A stretch of DNA of 64,000 nt from Takakia lepidozioides. Taxonomy: Eukaryota > Plantae > Bryophyta. The first letter of the stretch is position 1, and each line of letters starts with the position of its first letter. Shown one piece after another: positions 12,861 through 25,446 of the stretch. Below the pieces are notes generated by a model, which saw only the letters and a program-made list of their open reading frames with translations, did not search any database and had not been told where the DNA came from. Location: positions 31,496,001 through 31,560,000 of the forward strand of contig CM060733.1 in NCBI GenBank assembly GCA_030704615.1. The letters are read 5' to 3'. A program made the position numbers and the translations under genes.

Positions 12861-15800
12861 TCATTTCCATGGTGATTTAAGCTTAGAAGCTTTAATCTTT
12901 CCCTTCTTCTCCAACCAGAGAACCAAATCTCCCGTCTTAAAAGTCTTTAACTTGCCTTCATCAAACTGTTCCTTCCTCTTCATCTGAATTCTGGTCATGT
13001 TATCAGCTGCATCAGCACGTACTTCTTCCACATGGTATAATTCATGTTTCCTGACCTTAATTGAATCTTGCAATTCCATTCTTTTTCCCCATTCCGTTCT
13101 CATGGTAGGTAACAGGAATTCTACTGGAAGTAAAGCTTCCATACCATAAACTAATTGGAATGGTGTATACTTAGTGGTGACTTTATATGAAGTCCTGTAT
13201 GACCACAAAGTTGTCAGCAGCTTTGTATTCCAATCCGTTCTGTTTGCATTGACTATCTTAGCCAATATAGTACATAGTATTTTGTTGCTAGTCTCTGCCT
13301 GCCCATTACCTTGTGGGTAATACGTTGTACTCTTCCTATGCACAATCATGAACTCTTTAGTCAATAGTTCAATGGTCTCATTAATGAAGTGACTTCCCTG
13401 ATCACTGATAAATTCCAAGGGACAGCCAAATCGTGTAAGTATGTTCTCATACAGGAACCTTGCTGTGGACTTGGCTGTGTTGTCCCTCAAAGCTTTAGCC
13501 TCCACCCACTTCGTAGTATAATCAGTGGTTGTAATTATGTACATGTTCTGTGTATTCTTGGCTGGTGGGTTAATTGGTCCAACAAAGTCTAGTCCCCATT
13601 TCTGAAATGGTTCAGTAGGCATTGTAGGATGCAAAGTCATCTTCCCAGATCTCTGCAAAGGTCCTAGCCTCTGACATTCATCACAACTCTGACAATACTT
13701 GTGTACATCTTTGAACAAAGTAGGCCACCAGTAACCTGCAAGTAGTATCTTCCTACTGGTAGTCTCTTCTCCAAAATGACCTCCAGCCACTCCTTTATGA
13801 ACTTCCTCTAAAACTTTATTTACTTCATGGTGATACAAGCATCGTTTAAGTACTCCATCGGGTCCTAGCTTATACATTCTGCTTCCTACCATAGTATAAG
13901 GTAAAGCCTTGATAGCGATTCTCTTCCTCTGCTCCTCACCATAACTAGGTGGGCACTGACCATGAGTAAGGTAGTATCTGATTGACCACTGCCAATCTAA
14001 CCATTCATCTACACTTCCTTGCACCTTCAATACAAATAAACTCACATCAGGTAACTGATCGTTTACTCCTGTGGCGGGCTCTCCTGTTGTTAGTCGTGAC
14101 AAATGATCTGCCACAAGATGCAAACGGCCAGGCTTGTAAACAACTTCGAACTCAAACTCGTGCAAGATTATTAACCACCTCGCTATCCTTCCACTTATCA
14201 AAGGTTTGTTCACCAGATATATCAGAGCCTGGTGATCCACATAAAACATAAACTTTCTTCCCAATAGGTAATGCCTGAATTTCATGACTGCATAAATCAT
14301 TGCCAGTGCTTCTCTTTCAATTGTGCTATAGTTCCTTTCAGCACTGTTCATCAACCTGCTAGCATAGTACACAAGTGAATCTATATTTCCTGTAACATTC
14401 TGGGCTAACACTGCTCCCAACGCTTCTCCTGAGGCATCACAATGAACATGAAATACTACATGCCAATGAGGGTTAATCAGCACAGGTGTAGTTGTTACTG
14501 ACAATGTAAGTTCCTCAAAAGCCTGTTGACATTCAGCTGTCCATGCAAACACTGCATCTTTCTTCAGAAGCTTGCTCAATGGTGCTGCTATCTGTGCATA
14601 CCTTTTGACAAATCTTCTGTAATAACTGGTTTGCCCAAGGAGTCTCCTTAGACTCTTAACATTTACTGGTGGTGGAGAGGCTTTAATGGCCTCTGTCTTC
14701 CTGGGATCCACAAGAAGTCCCTTCTTACACACAATGTGTCCCAGAAGCACCCCTGAGTTCACACAGAAAGTACACTTCTCTGGATTCAGGCCCAGACCTC
14801 TCATTCTGCATCTGACCAAACATAACTCCAATTTATGCAAGTGCTCATTCTTAGAGCTGTACACACTGAAATCATCCAAGAACACATGCATGAAATCATC
14901 CAGATACTCATGAAAAGATTCACTTATCACTCTTTGAAAGGTTGCTGGTGCATTACAAAGTCCAAAGGGCATGACTTTGTATGCATAAGCACCCCAGTCT
15001 GTGATGGAAGCTGTCTTTCCCTGGTTTTCTTCTGCCACTTGCACTTGATTATAACCACTGAAGCCATCTATGAATGAGTACATCTCATGGCCTGCCACAG
15101 TGTCCAATACCGCTTCTGTAAATGGCAAAGGAAAAGGATCTTTCTTCGTGCAAGCATTCAACTTCTTACAGTTCACACAAACTCTTAGTTTACCATTCTT
15201 CTTGGGAACTATCACAATGGGTGACAACCAAGTTGTATACTCTATCGGGTATATAAACTTAGCCTCAGCCAACTTCTTGATCTCTTCTTCAACCTTCTAT
15301 GCATAGTTGGGATTCATTCTGTACCTTGCCTGTTTGATTGGTACTGACCCTGGTTCCAATTCAATCTTATGCTGACAGATCTCAGGTGGTATCCCTTTTA
15401 GATCCTCGTAGCTCCAAGCAAATACATCTCTGTATTTGATGAACAAACTCTTAGCTTCCTCAAAGAATTCTGGCTCCAAATCAGCCCCTACCTTCACCAT
15501 CATCGGTTCTTCTTCAGTTCCCACATTTACTTCCCTCACCTGCTCATCAGCTGTGATTGTCCAACCAGTCACCACTTCATCCTGTAAACTCGCAGTGGCT
15601 GGTTCCTCTAGGATTTCCATTTCTCCTTCTCTTTCTTCATTAAAATATGGTGGGTAACTGTTTCTTTCGCCTTCAATTGGTGTTGTTGTCACTACACCAC
15701 AACAGATACCTTTTAAACAACTTAGGCCTTCCAGCTGCATCTCTGCAACCTGCTTCTACTCTGGGTGTGCAGCGAACAGGGTAGCTTCCTGCTCCTCATC

Positions 15801-16402
15801 CAATCCTCACCTCCAGTCATACTCCCTGACCCCTCAAGGTCTTCTCGTAGCAGGTAATCTACTAGATTTCTTAGTGGTAATTTGTATCTTGTGCATCCCA
15901 TTATGCACAGTTAGTAACTGAGAATTCCAGTCATGGAATACCCTGGCATGTTTCAGCCACGGACGTCCCAATAATAAGGAGTAAGCCTCCATGACTTCAT
16001 CCATTTTCAACATAGTTACTGTGATCATAAAGATCATCTTTTGAATCTGTATCTTAACTCCTCTTATCAATCCCAATGGCTGTACACTTCTTTGATCTGC
16101 CATTGTTACTGTAAATGGGGCTGGTTTCATGTTACTTGGACCAAGTTCTGCCTTAATTGGTCTGTCATGATATTCACTCCAGAGCCTCCATCTATTAGTA
16201 CATCAGTTAGTTCTGTGCTTTCAATTCTCAATTGGATTACTGGCATAGAATCATCAGAGTCCATGACTGTTTCTCGCCCTTCCGGCTTCACATTATAACT
16301 GGTCACCTTGCTGTTCAGGTGTGTGTTTCCTGTCACATGGGCAATTCGATTGATTGCTTGATACAGCCTGTGTCTACAATAAGGTGCCACAGCCAATAGC
16401 TG
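12861..16402 (-). pseudogene. Gypsy pol (PR-RT-RH-INT) with premature stops
   Basis: An 803-aa ORF has RT VFLDDF, RH, the integrase Zn finger (HKGVAGGH...CQSCDEC) and DDE motifs (GLDF, ISDQG, QAE). Upstream pieces are separated by stops. Confidence 0.92.
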
Positions 16403-16569
16403 GGGGGCTGCTATTTCATGAGCGGCATGAGCATGAGCGGGAAAAAAAAAAGCATGAGCAGACCATTGTAAGTCCACGGAAATAGGGTTAGGAGGCACGG
16501 AAATAGGGTCATGTGAAGTTGGAATGTGGCACCAGTGGACTTGAAATGCAACATTTTATTGCATTTACT

Positions 16570-17501
16570 TGCCGAAAATGGCTAAGTCCCAGATCTGACT
16601 AGGCCCGGAACTGGAAAAATGGCGCCGAATTTCCGATTTTGGTGCCAGTCAGATCTGGGACTTAGCCATTTTAGGCCCCGAACTATAACAATGGCGGTTT
16701 TTTTTTTTTTTTTTTTTCGGTGCCATTTTACCAGTTCGGGGCCTAAAATGGCTAAGTCCCAGATCTGACTGGGCCCGGAACTGGAAAAAATGGCGCCGAA
16801 TTTCCGATTTTGGTGCCAGCCACCCTATGGACTTAGCCATTTTCGGCCCTGAAAGTACCCACTGGCTATGCCTCTGCTTTCAAAAACATGTGGTCAAACA
16901 AAAGTTGAGCCAATTGAAGTCGCTCTAGTACTTGAGATGGAGAGTGGGTGAGGTCTGTATGGTGGAGTCTTTTAGCAAAGGTGCCATTGGCTTGACTTAT
17001 ATAACGTGATAGAATGGTTTCTCCTCTTTTCACCATTTCCGTATCACTAGAAGAAGACCTGCTTACATCTATAAGTGCAAGGTATTAGCATAGTTAACAC
17101 TTGTGTGTGGAAGAGAGCTTGATAGATAGCTCTTAAGTTACAAGCTGTTGCAGGGTTTGCAAGAAGAAAGTCTTGTGGTGTTTATGTACAAGAGGAGGTC
17201 TTCAAGAAGAGCATCATTGAAAGTTTGAGAGCTTGTGAAGAAGCTCTTGTTCTGCAAGTGTTGCAGGGTTTGAGGAGTTCAAGAAGAGCTCGGGTGTTAA
17301 GGAAGCAAGTGGTGCATGTGTGGAGTATGGTTTCAGCTTGTGGGAGTCTTCAACTTCCATTTTTTCCTGTTCGGGGCCGAAAATGGCTAAGTCCCAGATC
17401 TGACTGGGCCCAGAACTGGAAAAATGGCGCCGAATTTCCGATTTTGGGTGCCAGTCAGATCTGGGACTTAGCCGTTTTCGGCCCCAAACTAGAAAAATAT
17501 C

Positions 17502-17534
<33 letters not shown>

Positions 17535-20500
17535 CGGCGCGATTTATCCAGTTCGGGGCCGAAAATGGCTAAGTCCCAGATCTGACTGGGCCCAGAAATG
17601 GAAAAATGGCGCCGAATTTCCGATTTTGGGTGCCAGTCAGATCTGGGACTTAGCCATTTTCGGCCCCGAACTGGAAAAATGGCGGTTTTATTTATTTATT
17701 TATTTATTTTTTTCGGCGCCATTTTTCCATTTTGGGGCCGAAAATGGCTAAGTCCCAGATTTGACTGGCACCAAAATCTGAAATTCGGCGCCATTTTTCC
17801 AGTCATGCAGGTAATTCGAAGAGCGGATGGATGGAAATCCGGCGCCGGATTTCCATCCACCAGATAAAAGTCGGCGCGCAAAATTTCCGTCATGCAGGTA
17901 ATTCGAAGAGCGGATGGATGAAAATCCGGCGCCGGATTTCCATCCATCCGCTCTTCGAATTACCTGCATGACTGGAAAAATGGCGCCGAATTTCCGATTT
18001 TGGGTGCCAGTCAGATCTGGGACTTAGCCGTTTTCGGCCCCGAACTAGAAAAATGGCATTTTTTTTTTTTTAATTTTTTTTTTCGGCGACATTTTTCCAT
18101 TTCGTTGCCGAAAATGGCTAAGTCCCAGATCTGACTGGCACCAAAATCGGAAATTCGGCGCCATTTTTCCAGTCATGCAGGTAATTCGAAGAGCGGATGG
18201 ATGGAAATCCGGCGCCACCAGGTAAGTCGGCGCGCAAAATTTCCGTCATGCAGGTAATTCGAAGAGCGGATGAATGAAAATCCGGCGCCGGATTTCCATC
18301 CATCCGCTCTTCGAATTACCTGCATGACTGGAAAAATGGCGCCGAATTTCCGATTTTGGGTGCCAGTCAGATCTGGGACTTAGCCGTTTTCGGCCCCGAA
18401 CTAGAAAAATGGCGTTTTTTTTTTTTTTTTTTTTTTTTTTTCGGCGACATTTTTCCATTTTGTTGCCGAAAATGGCTAAGTCCCAGATCTGACTGGCACC
18501 AAAATCGGAAATTCGGCGCCATTTTTCCAGTCATGCAGGTAATTCGAAGAGCGGATGGATGGAAATCCGGCGCCACCAGGTAAGTCGGCGCGCAAAATTT
18601 ACGTCATGCCGGTAATTCGAAGAGCGGATGGATGAAAATCCGGCGCCGGATTTCCATCCATCCGCTCTTCGAATTACCTGCATGACTGGAAAATGGCGCC
18701 GATTTCCGATTTTGGGTGCCAGTCGATCTGGGACTTAGCCGTTTTCGCCCCGACATGGAAAAATGGCGTTTTTTTTTTTTTTTTTTTTTTTTTTTTGGGC
18801 GCCATTTTTCCATTTCGGGGCCGAAAATGGCTAAGTCCCAGATCTGACTTGCACCAAATCGGAAAATTCGGCGCCATTTTTCCAGTCATGCAGGTAATTC
18901 GAAGAGCGGATGGATGGAAATCCGGCGCCGGATTTCCATCCGCCAGCTAGGTCGGCGCGCAAAATTTCCGTCATGCAGGTAATTCGAAGAGCGGATGGAT
19001 GGAAATTCGGCACCGGATTTCAATCCGCAAGGTTGGTCGGAGAGCGGATGGATGGAGATCCGGCACGGATTTCCATCCTGCAGGTAAGTGGAATCCCGGA
19101 TGGATGGAAATCCGGCGCCGAAGTTCCATCCTGCAGGTAATTCGAATCCCAGATGGATGGAAATTCGGCGCCGGATTTCCATCCAGCAGGTAAGTGGAAT
19201 CCCGGATGGATGGAAATTTGGCGCCGAATTTCCATCCTGCAGGTAATTCGAATCCCAGATGGATGGAAATTCGGCGCCGGATTTCCATCCAGCAGGTAAG
19301 TGGAATCCCGGATGATTGGAAATTCGGCGCCGAATTTCCGTCCAGAAGGTAATTCGAATCCCGGATGGATGGAAATTCGGCACCGCATTTCCATCCAGCA
19401 GGTTACTGGAATCCCGGATGGATCGAAATCCGGCGCCGAATTTCCATCCTGCAGGTATTTCATCGCTGAGAATTACCTTCCTGCAGGTAATTCTGATCGA
19501 TGAATTACCTTCCTGTAGGTAATTCTCAGCGATGAATTACCTTCCTGCAGGTAATTCTGAGCGAAGAATTACATTCCTACCTTCGTCGATAAGAATTACC
19601 TGCAGGAAGGTAATTCATCGCTGAGAATTACCTGCAGGAAGGTAATTCATCGATCAGAATTACCTGCAGGAAGGTAATTCTCAGCGATGAAATACCTGGC
19701 GAATGGAAATTCGGCGCCGAATATCCATACGCCAGCGATCCGACTTACCTGCTGGATGGAAATTCGGCGCCGAATTTCCATCCATCCGGGATTTCACTTA
19801 CCTGCTGGATGGAAATTCGGCGCGAATTTCCATCCATCCGGGATTCGAATTACCTGCAGGATGGATATGCGGCGCCGGATTTCGATCGATCCGGGATTTC
19901 ACTTACCTGCGGGATGGAAATTCGGCGCCGGATTTCCATCCATCCGGGATTCGAATTACCTGCAGGATGGATATGCGGCGCCGGATTTCGATCGATCCGG
20001 GATTCCACTTACCTGCTGGATGGAAATTCGGCGCCGGATTTCCATCCATCCGGGATTGCACTTACCTGCTGGGTGGAAATTCGGCGCCGGATTTCCATCC
20101 GGGGGCTGGTATCTGTCGGAGAGGTGCCGGCCTCTCCGCGCTCTGTTGGATATTCGGTGCCGAATTTCCGTCCGGCGGTTGAAATATGACGGCCAGGCTG
20201 CCGACCTCTCCCCCCTCCCCAACCGCATTGGAATGGCCCCGGATTGAAATTCGGCGCCGTTTTCCCATCTGGGGAGGTTTTTATGCCGGCCAGTTTTCAG
20301 TCTGACACCCCGACAAGACTTTCCTGGGGGGGCCCGGATGGAAATTCGGCGCCGAATCTCCATCCAAGGGATGCTCTCTGTCGAACACGTGCCGACCTCT
20401 ACACCGAGGCGACTTCATCCGGGCATCCCCTGTTCGATATTCGGTGCCGAATTTCCGTCCGGGGTTTGAAATGTGACGGCCAAGTGCCGGCCTCTCCCCC

Positions 20501-20745
20501 CTCCCCGACTGCATCCGAACCGCCCCGGATGGAAATTCGGCGCCGTTTTTCCATCTGGGGATGTTTTTATGCCGGCCAGTTTTTCGGCCTGACCCCCCGA
20601 CACGACTTCCTTTACCTGCTGGATGGAAATTCGGCGCCGAATCTCCATCCAGGGGATGTTCTCTGTCGCACACGCGCCGGCCTCTGCGCCCGAGGCGACT
20701 TCATCCGGGCTTCCCCTGTTGGATATTGGTTGCCGAATTTCCATT
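16570..20745. repeat. Palindrome-rich, foldback-like repeat array of MULE A1
   Basis: Dozens of GGAAAT(T/C)CGGCGCCG(A/G)ATTTCC and GCTAAGTCCCAGATCTGACTGG motifs occur in both orientations. Hairpin units of ~360-375 bp surround poly(T) tracts. A non-repetitive island lies at ~16860-17360. Confidence 0.95.
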
Positions 20746-21047
20746 CAGGGGTATAATGTGACGGCACGGTGCCGGCTTCTCCCCTTCAGCCGTCATCATC
20801 CGGACGGCCCCCCACTTTCTGACTGCATACCGTTGGTAGTTATTGCGCAAAGACCAGGGGCCGCATTCCGGAGACAAGGTTCATTAACACTCTGACTGTG
20901 GATTTTTGAGATAGTTGGCTCCCTGGATTTGGATCAGGCTTCGTCGCTCGGACAAATCGGCATCGCATTCATTCCCATCGCTGCATCCCCCTTCTACCAG
21001 GGAGCTTCCCCGCACTCCATCCTGGGAGTCTTGTGTGCACATCTCCC

Positions 21048-23141
21048 ATGGCGGAAAACCCGAGCACTACAGTGTACTGCCCTCCTCACGAGCATAGAGC
21101 TTCATTTCCGTGCAGAGGGGACACCTGCCGGGTGATGGAGAAATATCTGTGCGTTCGATACCACCTGAAACCGGGGTCGTTTTTTTTGGAGGAGGAAAGG
21201 AAGGACTCTAACGGCCTTGTTGTCGACAGTATTGTTGTGCTCCACGATGATTTCGGCGATGGCAGGGAATGGCGAGTTCCACCATTGGACAGCGTCATAT
21301 ACAGGGCTGTTGGGACTTCATTTGCCCGCCAAATGCACCTTCTATCCTGGCGCCTTCCACGAAACAATCCGCGAATCAGAGAGTGGCTACCTCAAAGAGA
21401 GAAGTCCGCAACGAAGTAAATCCAGAGCCGAACCCATCCATGAAGACGAGCCAGAACCGGGTTGTTCACAACCTGTCCGACTCAGACGAGGTCATGGAAG
21501 TTCCGAGGTCGTCCTGGAGATCAGGCAAGTCCTCAATGGACGTCAGTGGAGGAGGAGTCATATTCCCAGCACGAGCACCGCAGTTCGATCTATTCTTGAA
21601 ATTCTGCGAGGGCTTCACCTGGAGGGACACCGGTCGGAGCTGGCCGGGCTGGACTACAGCAAGTTCGCAATTAATCGGTTACGTGCCTTCCCGCCGACGT
21701 CGACGGTAATATCTTCTTTGAGTTCCCTCCTCGGGCGAACTACTCGAGGGCGTCCGGAATGTTGACAGATATGGATAGAAAACATGACGGTCATCCTTGG
21801 TGCGTTACCAAAACCACCAGCATGAAGATGCTCGATGGTGTGCGGGTGCGCTACGTTGTTTGTGCGGGCGCGTTGCGGTGTTTCTCCCCAACTTGCTTCC
21901 ACTTTAAATCCAGAGGTCACAGGAACGAGACCGATTGGACAGGCACAGCTCATCAACCATTTCGAGCTCAGGAGAAGGTTCCGAACTCCACATTTAAGTG
22001 TGCGCATTGCAAAGAACCACCACACTGCATGTCTGTTTGTAATGCCAAGCAGTTCTATGTGTTGCACCGTTTCCCTGACCTCACCCGAGCTTGCATACAC
22101 GTTGGTTCCCATTGTCACAAATTGGCGAGGGGGAACTCGCGGGAGGCTGCCCACGAAGCAGAGCAGCTCGTTCAGGAGGAGGTTAAGTTGAGACCGGGTG
22201 CCAAACCCAAACAGATACAGCTCCAAGCCGCCCATAAGATGGCATTGGCCAGAATTATGTCGGAAGACGGCTCCGATAGAGTTCCTCTCGACGAGAAAGA
22301 AATGGAGGCATTGCTGGAGTCGGTGTCCCACGTATGTTCACCGAATGTCCGAAACCACATTGTCTCATGCAAACAGAAAATTGGGCGTGGCTCGGATATG
22401 CACTCCATTCTGGAGGTGAAGCGACGATGTGGATATGACTACATTCATGGAAGTAGGTTTCCAGGACAAGGGACTGAGGCAGATCGTTGTTTCGTATTCA
22501 AAATGTCCACGTGTGGACCTGGCAGCGGCGTCGAACTGGTCGACAGGATGACGAGTGGGGACTTGTCAAACAGTTGGTCATGTTCGACCATATCAAGCGA
22601 ATTACAAATCACCAGTGGGTGACAATGGGTGCACATGTCTACGACACCCACTACAGGATGCTAATGACAATTGCTATTTGTGAGATGAAAGGAGAGGACA
22701 CACAATCGGAGATGCTTCTTTGGCAGGGAATAAACGAACAGATGGCCAAGGCGGGATTGCCCCTCCGAATTTCCGTGGTTTCATGGCGGACAACGCACAA
22801 GCAAATTGGGCTGCCATCCGAAGGGTGTACGGGCAAGACCCCAATGTTCCATGGAAGGCAAGGAGAGATCTTGTGGGTTCCATTTTCTGCAAAGCCTTTC
22901 GCAGTACACAACCAGGCTCGTGGCGCCAGATTTCAGAGAGGAGCACCGTTCTATGTGCCTTGCGTGGAAGCGCGCTCCTACCTTGGATGATGCAGAGACA
23001 CAGTTTGCATGCATACGGGCTTGGTGGACATCGTCAGGTGTTGTAAGAAAATCAGACGAGGGAGCAATGGTCAGTTGGCTAGCATGGTGGCATTATCGTT
23101 TCCTCCAGTTCGGCGACTATATGCGGGAGGTGAGTTGCACG
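21048..23141 (+). pseudogene. MULE transposase exon 1 (GCM-like Zn domain + first two catalytic Asp), 3'-truncated
   Basis: MAENPS... start. GCM-like Cys/His motif DGHPW...CAGALRCFSPTC...CAHC...C...HVGSHCH, followed by VMFDH, FMADNA and SCGFH. It is broken by several 1-2 bp deletions relative to copy A2. Confidence 0.85.
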
Positions 23142-25061
23142 TCCGAACATGCTAAGTCCGAACTGGCTAAGTCCGAACATGCACTGGAAAAATGGCGCCG
23201 AATTACCTGTCATGAGGGGACCTATAGCCGCGGAATTCGGCACCATTTTTCGCCAGAGAGACCTATTACCGCGAAATACGTCGCCGTTTTTCAGGTTACG
23301 GACCCTATTACCGCGAAATTTGGCGCCATATTTGCACATGTCGCTGGGAATTGGCATGAGCGGAAGACGAAATATCATGAGCACAACTGTCAAAACTGCA
23401 ATTTTCCCTTCAAGGGGCCGAATAATATATTTGTTTTTCCTGACACATTGCATTAATTTATTGTTTTTTATTGTTTTTTATTTTCGAAATTTGTACTTCT
23501 GCTCATGAAAACCGATTGTCTTACTACTCCGCTCATGCCGCTCATGCTCATGAAATAGCAAACCTCCAATAGCTGTCCAATGGTAATCTCCGCTTTGGAC
23601 TGGCATATTACTTCAGCCAAAGTCCCTTCATTACTCTACATGTCTGTAGCTTCTTTCTTCCCTTCATTCTCACTCACTTCTCGAGGAAGCTTAGGGCTTG
23701 CTGGAGGATAATCGTGCAGGGAGTAGCTAGGTAATTTTGCTCAAGCCAGGTGAAGGGAGGCGGTGTAGTAATCGTTTCATAGTTTTGAAAAGAGGGAGTG
23801 CTGCAGGACGATTCATGAAGGGCAAGTAATATCATGTGCTACTGACAGAAGTAATGAAGGCATTGAGGCGGTGCTGCCTGTGATTTGACCTCTGAAGATG
23901 TAGGAGTTGCGGGGAAAGCAGCTCGGTGGAGGGGCGGCAGTGCCGTCGTTACTCTCATGACCACGATGACAGGGAGGATGAACTTGCAAGGGAAACGGCC
24001 TGCTGACAGGGAATAGAAAGGTGGGGTTGCTGGCACAATCAAAGGCTAAAGTGATGGTGCAGCTCCATCACGACGAGCATCTGCCAGAGGTAGGGAGTGC
24101 AAACTGATACTGCCGCCATTGCATTCATGTGCGATTATTGAAAGCTGCACTTGTGGGAGAAGCAATTGCTGCCAGATGACGGGCAACGATGGGATTACTG
24201 ACTTGACCACATGTTGATTGATGCAATCGCCAGCATGAGGGCGTTGGCTTGTGGACAGTGGTACAGGTTATCTGTAAATAAGGAGGCAAAGGAGTGAAAT
24301 GTATAGAGCAAGAAGCTTTCAGATGATGACTGTCTGCTTGTTATCATATCAGATCGTAGGATAGATTAGCAGAGATGGTAGGATAGGGTAGTTAGTTGGC
24401 AAGCGACAAGGTTACTGCCATAGGTTGAAACAGAGCCGTCATGACTCACTGAATGCTTGAATCGACGAATATCTGAAAGGTGGAGTGGCATAGCGATGAC
24501 AGGATCTGACATACATAGATCTTTGTTTTTACAAACGTGGCATTCAGACGACAAGAGGAGTTAGGGAGCTGCTGACAGAGATGGTGAGGTGCCATTTCGG
24601 GCAGGCAATCCCACCGCTTCAGCTGGAGTATAAGACAGCTAAGTTAATAGAGACTAGGGGGGGGTTTTTTTTTTTACTTAGATAGATGTCGCTGAAATGA
24701 TTGAAGGCTCTGGAGTTAGTAGAGAGAGTATGAGAACGTTTTGAAAAATGGATTGGAGTGGTGGCTTGGGCTTCAAACCATAATGGTGTAGAGAGGATGA
24801 GAGATGATGCATGTCTTTGGGGAATGGTGATAGAAGGCAGATGCAGCCATCTACAATCAATGCATATATAGTGTTTGTCCTGCTTTTGATTTTATGATTC
24901 AGCACACTGAATTTGGAGCAAACTGTGCATCAGTGCTTAGAGTTAAACAAGCCTGCAAAATGAACAGTATAGGGAGATTCACCAAGGGAATCTGTGCACT
25001 TGCTACAGGGTAGAAATGAGGGACGGGGTCTGTAACTGTCAGCATTAGGGTATGAGAATGA

Positions 25062-25446
25062 GGAGAGATTCTGTTTGGGAGGAGAGAAAAGCTAAGAGAT
25101 AAGGTGGTGTGTACTTATGATTCCAAGGAGGATTTTTGCGAAAGGTCTCCACTGGATGTGTGCCTTGGTATATTTGCATTGCATGAAGAAGGGTTGTCTG
25201 GTCTAATATGGGCACTTGCATCAGAAAGGGAGAAAACATTGGGAAGAAGAGAGATTCTGTTTGGGAGGAGAGAAAAGCTAAGAGATAAGGTGGTGTGTAC
25301 TTATGATTCCAAGGAGGATTTTTGCGAAAGGTCTCCACTGGATGTGTGCCTTGGTATATTTGCATTGCATGAAGAGGGTTGTCTGGTCTAATATGGGCAC
25401 TTGCATCAGAAAGGGAGAAAACATTGGGAAGAAGAGAGATCTGTTC
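25062..25446. repeat. Direct tandem duplication, ~186 bp x 2
   Basis: GAGATTCTGTTTGGGAGGAGAGAAAAGCTAAGAGATAAGG occurs at ~25065 and ~25251, and the units are near-identical. Confidence 0.9.

Larger units (their letters stand above)
16403..23566 (+). mobile_element. MULE subfamily A, internally deleted copy A1 (7.16 kb), complete with both termini and a 9-bp TSD
   Basis: Termini are GGGGGCTGCTATTTCATGAGC (16403) and GCTCATGAAATAGCAAACCTC (23566). The TSD CAATAGCTG occurs at 16394-16402 and 23567-23575. Confidence 0.95.
9565..23681 (-). mobile_element. Ty3/Gypsy copy 2 (ORF3, pol, 3' gag), interrupted by MULE A1 at 16403-23566 and truncated at ~23681
   Basis: Contains INT, RH, RT and PR ORFs. 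The gag sequence resumes at 23567 exactly where it broke at 16402 (cf. the uninterrupted site at ~5655-5695). Confidence 0.9.

Noticed and set aside
17370-20745. CRISPR-like array of palindromic repeats (also 29.3-30.9, 35.6-37.1 and 56.5-61.4 kb)
   Set aside because: The spacers are themselves repeated, the orientation alternates, no cas genes are present and the context is eukaryotic TE DNA.
16649-20895. Many ORFs of the MEIRRRISIH / WKFGAEFPS type
   Set aside because: These are translations of palindromic repeats that stay open in several frames on both strands.
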